Shown one piece after another: positions 1-9,591 of a DNA stretch of 64,000 bases; the stretch's first letter is position 1; the number at the start of each line of letters is the position of its first letter. The notes beneath the pieces are model-generated. The model had not been told where the DNA came from. It was given only the letters and a program-made list of their open reading frames with translations, and searched no databases. This DNA comes from Candidatus Latescibacterota bacterium. GTDB taxonomy: Bacteria > Latescibacterota > UBA2968 > UBA8231. A program made the translations under genes and the position numbers. The DNA is taken from positions 6,496,001 through 6,560,000 of the forward strand of contig OZ241867.1 of assembly GCA_965203175.1 (NCBI GenBank), written 5' to 3'.

Positions 1-1071
1 AAAATGGCGGGACGAGGAGCCTTGGGATCGTGGCACGGGGCCTGCCCCAAAATGATCGAGGGCTGGGAGCTCATGGCCGACCAAGTGCGCGATACGCTAG
101 GTGCCTTTCGGGCGGCCGGGGTTACTGTCGATGCGGTGTGGATGGATTGGGAAGGGGATCCCTATCCCTGGAGCCACCTATTCAAACAACTCGCGCACTG
201 CAAGCGCTGCCGGGTACAGTTGCCACCGGAAGTGCTGGCGGACGAAGACCATTACTGGGCCTATTACTGGCGGCACTACCAACAGCTCTACGGAGCGTAC
301 CTGGCCGGGCCAGTGCGCGAAATTTTCCCCTTGTGCTCCATCACCAACTGGCACACCGTGTATTCCACTCAGACCAGGCCCTTGCTCTACTTTGTCAATA
401 ACCGGGCCTTGCCGCCGGGCATCCCCCCGCTGTTTACAGCCACCAATCCCGTGGCGTACGGCAACGACAAATTCTGGCGAACAGAGTGGCAAGACGACTA
501 TCCCCTAGACCAGCGCCACGTCAACCAATTCCACATGCACAATCTGCTGCGGCAAGTTTCCGGCGATGCGGCCAATCGCCTGGTCTATGGGCCGGAAGTG
601 GCCAGTTTCCCTTGGGTAGCACGCTGGTGCCCTATTGTAAACCACCGGGAGGACGATACAGCCCCATACATGAGCCGAGAGGCGTACCGCGAGGCCCTGC
701 GGCACATGTGGCTGCGCGGCATCGACGGCATGCAGCTTTTCAATGCTTGGCGCGAGGGGTACGAGGAAATCGCGCTGTTTGAAGTGCTCGATGCAGTCGC
801 CGTGTACGACGAAATGCTCAGCTACCGCGACTTTCTCGACGCCGGCCAAGTGATGAATCTAGCAGAGCCGGCCGTACAGGACGAGGGGGTGCTGTGGTCG
901 GGTTTGCGCTTGAAGGAGCGGGCCGTAGTGCGGCTGTTCAGCCAAGGGGAAGGCGCGGCCCGTTTAGAGATAGAAGCCTGGCCTAGGCTCGTGATAGAAC
1001 TGGAGGCACCCACCGAAGGACGGACCTATGTACTGAGGAGGATGAACACCGGGGTGGAAATCTTAGAGTAA
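1..1071 (+). CDS. Hypothetical protein, probably 5'-truncated by the window edge; possibly a glycoside-hydrolase-like barrel
   Basis: Frame is open from base 1; 355 aa from ATG at 4; VDAVWMDWEG motif resembles TIM-barrel hydrolases; converges on the gene ending at 1074. Confidence 0.6.
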   Translation, partial: KMAGRGALGSWHGACPKMIEGWELMADQVRDTLGAFRAAGVTVDAVWMDWEGDPYPWSHLFKQLAHCKRCRVQLPPEVLADEDHYWAYYWRHYQQLYGAYLAGPVREIFPLCSITNWHTVYSTQTRPLLYFVNNRALPPGIPPLFTATNPVAYGNDKFWRTEWQDDYPLDQRHVNQFHMHNLLRQVSGDAANRLVYGPEVASFPWVARWCPIVNHREDDTAPYMSREAYREALRHMWLRGIDGMQLFNAWREGYEEIALFEVLDAVAVYDEMLSYRDFLDAGQVMNLAEPAVQDEGVLWSGLRLKERAVVRLFSQGEGAARLEIEAWPRLVIELEAPTEGRTYVLRRMNTGVEILE

Positions 1072-1073
1072 TC

Positions 1074-2261
1074 TCAGTCGGGCTCCGCCTCCGCGAATTC
1101 GACAAAACAGGTCGCCACAACCTTGTCGCGCCCAGGGGTAGGAGTCTGAACTCCAGCAACCGAATCCGCAACCGCACGCAGGTCAAGGCTAGCCGAGGGC
1201 CGCAAGCGCCAGCGTTTGACCTGCTCGACCAGACAATCGCCCACGGAGTCACTGTCCACGGTCGAAGCGAGAAGCTGGACACTTTCGACTAGACCACTAG
1301 CCAAGATGACAAAGCGGATGGTTGCACTGCCCGGCAACGCCCGACCGGCTTGGAATTCACCGGCAAAGCAGCGGTTGAACGCGTCGAGTCGGGAGCGGAC
1401 AAACGCATCAATGGTCTCCGGCGCGCGCGCCAAATCGTCTGGAGCATAGCCACTCACCTCGCTAGGTGCCTGCAAGCGCGCCTGCGTGGTAGCGAGTACA
1501 GCTTCTGCTCGGGTCCGATCAACCAATGCCGCTTGCTCGATCTGGCGGACAAAGCGAAAGTCCATGTCAAAGGTCTGCAAGGGCTGGTCAAAGGCATTGA
1601 ATTTGAGAATGAAATCCCGGATGTGTAAGCGCACCTCTTCCACCCCGTCGGCCAGCGGCTCAAAGACGATAAAGCCGCTGTAGTTTTCGCCTTTGTAGAT
1701 TTTCTCCCCAACGCCGTAATTGCTGGTGCGCACCTGCCCCATGCGCATGTCAAAGCGATAGTCCTCATTGCCAGTGACGCCCTTCCGAGCGCGGTAGTAA
1801 GATTCAAAACTATGAGCCGCCGAGCCGGTCGCTATGCCGTAGGGAGTCAGTTCCTCTCCCCGGCGGTTGGTCGTGAGCCGGCTCTGCAGCGGTTGTAGCT
1901 CCACCTTGGGAAAACCCAGATTGTACACGGAGACCGCAAAAACCGTAAAGCGATTGCGCACGTACCCCGTCTGGGGATCGACGTAGTCGCCATACGTATA
2001 GGCATTGTACGAATGCGGCCCCTGAGAGGACTCCTGCGGCCACAAAGCATTTAGGGCGCGGTCGGTCATGTAGCGAACCTCGACCCGCAGTCCCTCCACG
2101 GCATAGACGACAGTCCCATCCTCTCCCAGAGTATAGTCCGGCCCTAGATCGGAGCGAGGCATCAGCAGCGATACGCGCTCGTAGCGCGGCGGATAGAGGA
2201 TGGTGCAGCCGGCAAACAACAAGACACTCCATACCGCGTGGACAGCAAACGAAATGCGCAT
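1074..2261 (-). CDS. Lipoprotein, uncharacterised family, with C-terminal TonB-C/AgmX-PglI-like domain
   Basis: Lipobox LLFAG-C; N-domain motifs NAYTYGDYVDP, RFTVF, FPKVEL, ESYYRAR shared with 14190-15317 and 42168-42887; C-terminus FNRCF...GSATIRFVILASGLVESV...VGDCLVEQVKRWRL resembles AgmX/PglI C-terminal domain. Confidence 0.75.
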   Translation of the reverse strand: MRISFAVHAVWSVLLFAGCTILYPPRYERVSLLMPRSDLGPDYTLGEDGTVVYAVEGLRVEVRYMTDRALNALWPQESSQGPHSYNAYTYGDYVDPQTGYVRNRFTVFAVSVYNLGFPKVELQPLQSRLTTNRRGEELTPYGIATGSAAHSFESYYRARKGVTGNEDYRFDMRMGQVRTSNYGVGEKIYKGENYSGFIVFEPLADGVEEVRLHIRDFILKFNAFDQPLQTFDMDFRFVRQIEQAALVDRTRAEAVLATTQARLQAPSEVSGYAPDDLARAPETIDAFVRSRLDAFNRCFAGEFQAGRALPGSATIRFVILASGLVESVQLLASTVDSDSVGDCLVEQVKRWRLRPSASLDLRAVADSVAGVQTPTPGRDKVVATCFVEFAEAEPD

Positions 2262-2265
2262 GTAC

Positions 2266-3489
2266 TCAGCGCGCCTGGTTGTAAAAATCGATTTGCTGCT
2301 GGGCGATGGAGCCCTTCTGCGTCAGGGCAAAGACCACCATATTGACTCCCAGTTTCAGGTGCGGTTCGTTTTCGCTTTCGCGTTCCCAGAAGGCACCGTA
2401 CCCCTTGTCGGAATACACCGCCACCAGTCGGTCGCCGAGGAAAATGCCCTCCAAGTAGTACACCGAACTGCGGAAATTGCCCCCGGACAATTCCTCGCCT
2501 CCAGGGGGCGGGCCATCGTCAAAGTCGAAAAATACGTGGTAGAGCGGATGCTCGTTGGGAATGGGAACAAAGCGGGCGTCGCGGCCTAGGGCCTGCTTAA
2601 ACATGTCCCGCAGCGAGGCTTCGGCCGGGCCGTACTCCAGCTCGGGCCGGTCATTGTCGGCTACCAGGAACCCGCCGTTGCGCAGGTACTTGCCCAGATT
2701 GTCAATTTCGTGCTCGGTCAGTTCAAACGCGCTGCGGGTAGTGATGTACACAAAGGGGGCCTTGAACAGATCCTGGGAGTCGATAAACATCTGGTCGATG
2801 ACCCGGGCCTCAATGCGAGTGTACTGGTTGATGGCCCGCACCAACTGGGAAATCGAGCGCTGGCGCGAAGGCTGGAGGATGCTGCCCCAAGCCAGCCCCA
2901 AGTACACAAAGCCCTGGATGTTGCGCTTGTCGGCCGGATCCTGAATGACCATGCCCCGGTACTTGCCGGTGTCAATGGCGTCCAAGTCGAGGAATTCCGC
3001 CTGCATGTCAATGCGCTTTTCCGGCTCCTTCAGACTGGTCATTTCAACGGCTTCGAACTGGGGGACGCCCACCACCCCAAGACCCATGCCTTGGACACCC
3101 ATGTCGGCGATAAAGTCGTGGCCGCTGCGGGTGCGACTCCAACGCCGACCCGCGACAGCCTGATCTAGCTGAGCACCCAAACCACTGAAGCCACCCACCA
3201 CAGTGGCCGTCTGATCCCGCTGCACGGAGATAATAGGGGTACCCTCGGGAATGACCTGCTTTTTAAAGGCGAATTCCCGGCTCAACTGAGGGGGAGGAAT
3301 CAGCAGCGGCGTGTCCAATTCCTGCCATTCGAGGCGGATGGCGACCTCTTCCTCGGCCTGTTCAACGGGCCGAAAGTACAAGGCGACAAAAACCAAGTGC
3401 AACACTAGGGAGATCAGCAGGCCCCAGTAGAGCAAGCGCCGATTGGCCGCAAGAACGGCGAGCGGATCCGAGGAGCGCAAGGCTTTCAC
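2266..3489 (-). CDS. DUF4159-domain protein with TonB-like N-terminal membrane anchor
   Basis: N-terminal TM LLISLVLHLVFV (SxxxH) then short Pro-rich stretch; C-domain PFVYIT, LGKYLRNGGFLVAD, IPNEHPLYHVFFDF, LEGIFLGDRLVAVYS, KLGVNMVVFALT typical of DUF4159; GTG start overlaps upstream stop. Confidence 0.8.
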   Translation of the reverse strand: MKALRSSDPLAVLAANRRLLYWGLLISLVLHLVFVALYFRPVEQAEEEVAIRLEWQELDTPLLIPPPQLSREFAFKKQVIPEGTPIISVQRDQTATVVGGFSGLGAQLDQAVAGRRWSRTRSGHDFIADMGVQGMGLGVVGVPQFEAVEMTSLKEPEKRIDMQAEFLDLDAIDTGKYRGMVIQDPADKRNIQGFVYLGLAWGSILQPSRQRSISQLVRAINQYTRIEARVIDQMFIDSQDLFKAPFVYITTRSAFELTEHEIDNLGKYLRNGGFLVADNDRPELEYGPAEASLRDMFKQALGRDARFVPIPNEHPLYHVFFDFDDGPPPGGEELSGGNFRSSVYYLEGIFLGDRLVAVYSDKGYGAFWERESENEPHLKLGVNMVVFALTQKGSIAQQQIDFYNQAR

Positions 3490-6400
3490 AAGTGTTTCCT
3501 CGCAATGGTGGCGCGTCGACGTTCGACAAAGGCGCGGATGTTGGGGGCGAGCAGGCTGCTGTCTTCCCGGGCCGCGCTCAGAATGGCGTCAAACACGTCC
3601 ACAGCCCGTTGCCATTCCCCTAACTTTTGATGGCAGACCCCGATATTGGCCCGGGCGGCTATACCGCTGGAGGTATGCGGGAATTGACGCCACACTTGTT
3701 CAAAGCGGGGAATTAGGGCGCGAATCGCCTCGGCGTCGCTGAGTTCGGACGCGGCTTTGAGGCTGTCGGTCAACGCCGCGTAATCTCCGTAGGCCACAGC
3801 CTCGCGCAACTCGGGCAACGCGGTGGCGGCCTGAGCGGCAGCCGGAGTGCCGGGGTATTGTTCTTCGATTTGGCGAAAGAGGTCGTACGCCGCTTGGTGG
3901 TCGCCTTGATTGTACAACAGCTCGCCGAGAGTATAGCGGGCAATGGCCGCATAGCGGCCCTCGGGAAAGCTTTCGAGGTACGCCGCAAAGGCCCGTTGCA
4001 CCTCTTTATTTTTCTGGTCCGCATCCCCAGAAAGGGAATTCATCAGACACCAGCCAATGTTGTAGAGAGCTTCCTCGGCCAAGGGGCTATGGGGATAGCG
4101 GTCAATGAGCTGCTGGTACTGGCCCTGAGCCTGATCGTACTGCTGCAGATTATAGCGGCATTCGGCTAGTCGAAAGAGAGCATCTGGGGCAATGTTGTGG
4201 TCCGGGGCCTGGGCCACGACGAACTCAAAGGCAGCCACGGCCTGGGCAAAAAGAGTCTGATTGAAGTACGCGTATCCCAAGTAGTAGTGGGCTTCCGCGG
4301 CGTTGGGGTGTTCCGGGTAGCGAGTGATCGAATCCTGCAAGCGGCCGACCGCCTCTTCGTAGCGGTCCAGTTGCAGGGCGGCCAGTCCGCCCAAGAAGAG
4401 AAAATCGGGCGCGTAAAATCCACTCGGGTACGCCGCCAGACCCGCAGCCGCGGCGTCGGCCACGGCTTGGTAATCTTCCAAGCGCAAGGCGGCGTCGGCC
4501 ATGAGCCAGTAGCACTTTTCGCGCAGATAGTAGGTGCGCTCTAAGGGCCGCTCTTCTTCGGCAAAGTCGAGGGCGAGCAGTTCCCGGCAGGTGGCAATGG
4601 ATCGGCCGTAGCGCTCTTGGCGGTAGGCGATTTCGGCCAAGGCCAGCAAGTACTCGCCGCGTTGGAACGGAGAGGAAGCCGTCTGCAGTAAACGTCGATA
4701 TAGCTGCAATCCTTGTTCAATGCGCCCACCGGCGATATAGGCCGCAGCCAACAGACGGGAAGCCGCTGTCAGGGACGAATCTGCAGCGGCGCGCTCTAGA
4801 TCGGCGATGGCTTGGGCGTGCTGACCGAGCCTGAAATAGGCCATGCCCCGGCCGTAAAAGGCTTGGTGGACAAAGGCCGAATCCGCAGCGGCTAGGGTTT
4901 GGTCAAAGTAGGGTAGGGCCGCATCGAGGTCGCCGACGCGAGACAGAGCCGTGGCGATGAGATAATTAAACAGCGTTTGAGAATCCCTAGCAGTCTCGGT
5001 TTGAGTACCTTCCCGCAGGACGGCCAACGCCCGTTGGAAGCGCCCCTGCTGCTGCAGGAGGCGACCCGCTTCGAGTCGGGAGCGCGAGAAAATTTCTGCC
5101 TCGCCACGGACCTGGAGAAAGGAGGCGACCGCCTCCTCCCAAGCGCCGGCATCGCGCTGGGCTATGGCCGCTTCAAAGCGGGCGATATCCGCTTCGGGTT
5201 TGTCGCCCAACTCTTCCTCTAAGCTCTGGTAGATCTGGACGGCATCCGCGTACTCGCCGCGGCCGTGGAGGATGCGGGCGCACTGGAAAAGGGCGCTGTT
5301 TCGGTACCCACCAGCCTGCGACGAGGTCGCCAACGCCTGGAAAATGTCGAGGGCCTGATCGGTAGTAGCCGCCTCGTTCTGGCGCTGCAAAGCCAGCCCC
5401 AAATTGAAGCGCAGGTCCATTTCGTAGGTCGAGTTGGGAAAGGCTTCTAAGGTGCGGCGCAATTCCGCTTCGGCGCGGCGGAAAAGATCGGCCCGCTCCT
5501 CGGGCGCGACTTCTCCCGCTTCGGCGCGGCCGAACCAAGCCTGGGCAATTTGCAGTCCCACCCCTTCGAGGGGTAGGCCGGCTTGAGCCGCAAAAGCGGC
5601 ATAGTCGTCGCGGTACGCGCTGTATTCGCGCACGGCCTCTAGGTAGTTCCCAGTTTCAAAGTAGCGGTTGGCCAGCAGCAATTGCAGCCGCGCCCGGCCA
5701 AAGTCGTCCTGTTGCGCTTCTAGGGCGCGCTGGTACACCGCGATACTCGCGGCGACATCGCCGCGCTGGTAGTGCAACTGAGCCTGGCGCAAATAGGCTT
5801 CCTCGGACAGGCGACGCTCGTCGGCAAAGCGCGCGGCCACCACGGCATAGGCCTCCACGGCCAGCGCGTGATCCCCAGTGCGCTCGCGGCACTCGCCAAT
5901 GCGCAGTAGGGCTTTGGCCGCAATCTCCAGCTCGGTCTCGTCGACTAGGCCGGCGAGTTTGTTGCGCTGCATGCGCAAAATCTCGCGCACGGACATGCGG
6001 TCGAGGCGCTGCGAGTCGACTAGCCGCTGGTAGTTGGGGATGGCTTCGGCAAAGCGCTCCAACGCAAAGTAGCATTCGCCAATTTGAAACAGCGCCCTGC
6101 TGGTGCGATACCCCAAGGGGAAACGCCCGACCAAATCCTCAAAAACCGCAATGCTTTGGACGTACTCGCCCAGTTGATAGTGCGACCAGCCAATATCGTA
6201 CAGCGCATGAGCTACATAGGGACTAGTGGGATATCTGGCGACTAGCTGCCGCGCTTCGTCGATGGTGCGGCGATACTCTCCCATGCGGTACGCGCAGGCC
6301 ACAGCGCGGCTGCGGGCGAGGGCCTGGAGCACCGGAGTAGCGGAGAGGGTCTCGGTGGCGACAAACGCCTCCACGGCCTGTCCCAATAAGTCGTCGGCCC

Positions 6401-6740
6401 GACTCTGGTGCTGGACGCGCGTTTCGTCGCTGCGGGCCTGCGCCGCCCTTTTGAGTTCTTCTTCGCCCATTTTGAAATAGGCATTGCCAATTTGGTACGC
6501 GGCCACTTCTTGCAGGGGCGCGTCTATTTGGCCGACGGAAACTCGAATGGCCTCCATCGCGAGCAATTTGTGCCGACTGCGCATGATGTGGCGATAGTTT
6601 TCAATGGCCTGATCGTAGGCCCCAGAGGCGTAGAAATTCTGGCCGTGCTCAAAGCGGGCCTGCATCTCCTCGGCCGTGGGCACAAAGCGAGTCGCAGCCG
6701 CGGCGAGAGTCAGTAGAGATAGGATGGCTAACGGCAGCAT
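3486..6740 (-). CDS. Large exported tetratricopeptide-repeat protein (BamD/CpoB-like repeats)
   Basis: 1084 aa, signal peptide, many TPR units e.g. ALYDIGWSHY, ALFQIGECYF, ALFRLAECRY, xxYPxSPxA turns. Confidence 0.85.
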   Translation of the reverse strand: MLPLAILSLLTLAAAATRFVPTAEEMQARFEHGQNFYASGAYDQAIENYRHIMRSRHKLLAMEAIRVSVGQIDAPLQEVAAYQIGNAYFKMGEEELKRAAQARSDETRVQHQSRADDLLGQAVEAFVATETLSATPVLQALARSRAVACAYRMGEYRRTIDEARQLVARYPTSPYVAHALYDIGWSHYQLGEYVQSIAVFEDLVGRFPLGYRTSRALFQIGECYFALERFAEAIPNYQRLVDSQRLDRMSVREILRMQRNKLAGLVDETELEIAAKALLRIGECRERTGDHALAVEAYAVVAARFADERRLSEEAYLRQAQLHYQRGDVAASIAVYQRALEAQQDDFGRARLQLLLANRYFETGNYLEAVREYSAYRDDYAAFAAQAGLPLEGVGLQIAQAWFGRAEAGEVAPEERADLFRRAEAELRRTLEAFPNSTYEMDLRFNLGLALQRQNEAATTDQALDIFQALATSSQAGGYRNSALFQCARILHGRGEYADAVQIYQSLEEELGDKPEADIARFEAAIAQRDAGAWEEAVASFLQVRGEAEIFSRSRLEAGRLLQQQGRFQRALAVLREGTQTETARDSQTLFNYLIATALSRVGDLDAALPYFDQTLAAADSAFVHQAFYGRGMAYFRLGQHAQAIADLERAAADSSLTAASRLLAAAYIAGGRIEQGLQLYRRLLQTASSPFQRGEYLLALAEIAYRQERYGRSIATCRELLALDFAEEERPLERTYYLREKCYWLMADAALRLEDYQAVADAAAAGLAAYPSGFYAPDFLFLGGLAALQLDRYEEAVGRLQDSITRYPEHPNAAEAHYYLGYAYFNQTLFAQAVAAFEFVVAQAPDHNIAPDALFRLAECRYNLQQYDQAQGQYQQLIDRYPHSPLAEEALYNIGWCLMNSLSGDADQKNKEVQRAFAAYLESFPEGRYAAIARYTLGELLYNQGDHQAAYDLFRQIEEQYPGTPAAAQAATALPELREAVAYGDYAALTDSLKAASELSDAEAIRALIPRFEQVWRQFPHTSSGIAARANIGVCHQKLGEWQRAVDVFDAILSAAREDSSLLAPNIRAFVERRRATIARKHL

Positions 6741-6757
6741 AGATCGTTCCTCGACAC

Positions 6758-8839
6758 CTAGTAGACTACTCCGACGACCCCGGCGACGCGTTCTGCGCCC
6801 GTGTCCACCTCAACTTCCACCCGATAGAGGTACAGGCCTGGAGCCACTAACAAACCCGTGGCATTGCGCCCATCCCACAAACCTGGGGGCCGACTGTCGG
6901 TTGGCAGCCGCACATAGGCCCCGGCCAACAGCGGCGGCGGACTGAGGTCGCGCACCAAGCGTCCGCTCAAATCGAAGATACGAATGCCTACCTGTCGCGG
7001 AGCCTCAACCTTGGAGAGGGCGAATTCAATAGCGGCAAAATCGTTGATCCCATCAGCGTTGGGGCTGAAGACCGGCGGGTGGACGCGCACTTGGGAGAGC
7101 GCCCGCTTCTCCGAGGTCGCGGCCGACAACACCCACGAATAAGGTGCATTGCTCTGCGGGTCAATGGCCGCGTTCTCGGCCACGTTGAGCGGATTGTCAG
7201 AATTGGGAGCAAAGAGGCGGGCGCGAAACGCATGGATCGCCGCGTGCGTTCGCGTCCTAAAGCGAATTTGCAACTGGGCGTCCTGCCGCAGCGGCTCGGC
7301 CAAGGAGATGGTTAGCTTGTCGCGCGTCGAGTCCCAAGCCTCAAGCGCACTACCTTCCAAGCCGGTGATTTCTTCGAGCATAGCCGGCGCGGGCACGTCG
7401 ATGCGGATCTGGGCTAGGCCCGCGTCGGCGTCGGCGAATTCCACATCGAGCGTGTAGGTAAAGGAGGTATCCCGGCCCATGGGGACGCGGTTGGGGACAA
7501 TGCGGCCCCACGCTTTGGAGACGGGCACTTGGTCGAGATCAAAATCGATCTCTAGGTGCTTGAAAACAGGGGTTTTCTCGGGAGAACGAGTCGCCATGTT
7601 GACCCGATATTGCAAAAGCGCCCGCGGTTCCTCGGCTGGAAACCAGATGTCCCCGGTGGTGAGGGGCGAGCTCCACCCCCCTGCCGAATCGGCTAGCGCG
7701 GCAGCTTGGTCGGCGCTGCGGAACTGCACGGTGAGTTCCGTGCCATCGGGAACTGTGGCCCGCCAGCGCACTCGACCTACGTTCTTGACCACGTCTGGAG
7801 CGCCTAAGTCGAGCGGTGCCGAAATGAACGTTCCCCGCTCTGCGTGCAGGCTGCCGTACACCTCTATTTCGGCTACGTTGGGCTGAGTGATGGCGTTGAT
7901 ATCGACGATGACCAAGCGCAAGTGGCGCGTCCACAGCGGCGGGAAGCGGACCTCGCTGCGGATGAAATCGACGATGTCGCGCAGGATGGCCACTTCGGTC
8001 CAGCGAATTTGGTCGTCGCTGACCTGAATCGAGTACCCGCGCAGGGAGCGGTCGAAGTACTGCTCTTGGTTGCGGCCCCGGGTTAGAACCCGCACAGCGT
8101 GGATTTTGCGCCGCGTTCCCAAGTCGATATCGGCATTGAAATTCAAGGCGTTGATCGGCGGATTCCACGAGGTATTCAAATCGCCGTCGAGCACTTCCGG
8201 GCGATTGGAGATCCGGTCCTTGGCCAAATTTTGGCCGCGCACTTGTTTGAGGATAATGCCGCCGGCTAGAGAGCCAATATCCGTCCCACCTAAAAAGCCG
8301 GCGATAGGCTGGCCGAAGGACAAAGACGGCTCCAAGGTGCCTTCTTGTACCAGATGCCAAGCCTCGTCCCGCGCCACCTCGGCAGTCGTCCACCCATCGT
8401 CATCCTGCAACTGGTCACTCCAGTACCAAGGCTGGCGGGTGCGATCGGTCGTCGTTTGCACTGTCGAGGTGTCCCCCGCAGCAAATTCCACGGCCACGGT
8501 CGCGGCCAAACCATTGCCCCGCCCGCGACCGTGGTTGACCACCAGCGCGGCGATGTGGTTATCGCCGCGCACCACTGGCACCGCAAAAACTCGCGGCTGC
8601 ACAGCGCTGGAATCGCTGCCGACTAGCTCTCCGTTGAAGTACGCGGCAAAGCTGTCGGCTGCGGCCATGTGCAGCAAGCCCTCGCCGGCTTCGGGGGCCT
8701 CAAAGGTGGCGCGGTAGTAGAGCGCGCTGCGCCATGCGGTCTGCTCCCAGGTGCTCCCCTCGGTCTGGACGGCGGAGCACACTGCGGCTAGGCCGACAAC
8801 GGCGAGCAGGATCCGTTCTTTCAAAACTGTGGGGATCAT
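6758..8839 (-). CDS. Secreted discoidin/F5-8-type-C-like protein with FlgD-Ig/CHU_C-like C-terminal domain
   Basis: Signal peptide; LDGDLNTSW, IDLG, YSIQVSDDQIRW, AEIEVYG; C-terminus FSPNADGIND...IFDLSGRLVR...WDGRNATG...PGLYLY...VVY; close paralog of 23646-25706. Confidence 0.8.
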   Translation of the reverse strand: MIPTVLKERILLAVVGLAAVCSAVQTEGSTWEQTAWRSALYYRATFEAPEAGEGLLHMAAADSFAAYFNGELVGSDSSAVQPRVFAVPVVRGDNHIAALVVNHGRGRGNGLAATVAVEFAAGDTSTVQTTTDRTRQPWYWSDQLQDDDGWTTAEVARDEAWHLVQEGTLEPSLSFGQPIAGFLGGTDIGSLAGGIILKQVRGQNLAKDRISNRPEVLDGDLNTSWNPPINALNFNADIDLGTRRKIHAVRVLTRGRNQEQYFDRSLRGYSIQVSDDQIRWTEVAILRDIVDFIRSEVRFPPLWTRHLRLVIVDINAITQPNVAEIEVYGSLHAERGTFISAPLDLGAPDVVKNVGRVRWRATVPDGTELTVQFRSADQAAALADSAGGWSSPLTTGDIWFPAEEPRALLQYRVNMATRSPEKTPVFKHLEIDFDLDQVPVSKAWGRIVPNRVPMGRDTSFTYTLDVEFADADAGLAQIRIDVPAPAMLEEITGLEGSALEAWDSTRDKLTISLAEPLRQDAQLQIRFRTRTHAAIHAFRARLFAPNSDNPLNVAENAAIDPQSNAPYSWVLSAATSEKRALSQVRVHPPVFSPNADGINDFAAIEFALSKVEAPRQVGIRIFDLSGRLVRDLSPPPLLAGAYVRLPTDSRPPGLWDGRNATGLLVAPGLYLYRVEVEVDTGAERVAGVVGVVY

Positions 8840-9591
8840 TCGTCCACCGCGCAGCGAAAGCCGACATTGCCATCGGCACTGAACGGGCTGCAGGCCCGTC
8901 GGTACGAGGTGCGCAACAGATTGGGATCATTGGACCACGAGCCCCCGCGCACCACTTTCAGCGTTCCATCCGCCGGTCCAAGGGGATTGCGCTCGTGTTC
9001 GCCGGTATAATATTCGCTGTGATACCAGTCTGCCACCCACTCCCAGACATTGCCGGCCATATCGCGGACCCCATAGGGCGATTCTCCTTGTGGGTAATGA
9101 CCCACCGGCGAAGTAAAGGAGAACCCATCGCTGGCGTCGACGTCACAGCAAAAGTCCGTTCCGTAGTTGGCCCTAGTGCGATCGATGCCTTCACCCCAGG
9201 GGTAGGTGCGCCCATCGGTCCCCCGAGCGGCTTTTTCCCACTCTGCCTCCGTGGGCAGGCGCTTGCCGACCCACTGGCAATAAGCCAATGCATCGGGCCA
9301 GCCCACCGAGATGATCGGATGGTCGTCCGGGGCTGACCGAACGGGCAGGTTCATGGCTTGGGCATAGGCATTCCACTCGGCCGTACTCACTTCGTGGCGG
9401 TCAATCCAGAAGCCATTGAGATGCACGGAATGTGCAGGGCGCTCATCACTGGCACCGGAGTCGGAGCCCATGATGAAGGGACCGGCCGGAATTTTCACCA
9501 TGCCCGGCGGGTCCTCGGAGTCCGTCGGCCCCGAGACCTTATCGCAGGCGCTCAGACCGACACTGAGCAATAGAGCTACTACGCGTTTCAC
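8836..9591 (-). CDS. FGE-sulfatase/SUMF1-fold lipoprotein lacking the catalytic Cys pair
   Basis: Lipobox LSA-C; IPAGPFIMGS, RLPTEAEWEKAARG, DMAGNVWEW, RGGSW...GFRCA; no GGSxxCxxxxC. Confidence 0.88.
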   Translation of the reverse strand: MKRVVALLLSVGLSACDKVSGPTDSEDPPGMVKIPAGPFIMGSDSGASDERPAHSVHLNGFWIDRHEVSTAEWNAYAQAMNLPVRSAPDDHPIISVGWPDALAYCQWVGKRLPTEAEWEKAARGTDGRTYPWGEGIDRTRANYGTDFCCDVDASDGFSFTSPVGHYPQGESPYGVRDMAGNVWEWVADWYHSEYYTGEHERNPLGPADGTLKVVRGGSWSNDPNLLRTSYRRACSPFSADGNVGFRCAVDE

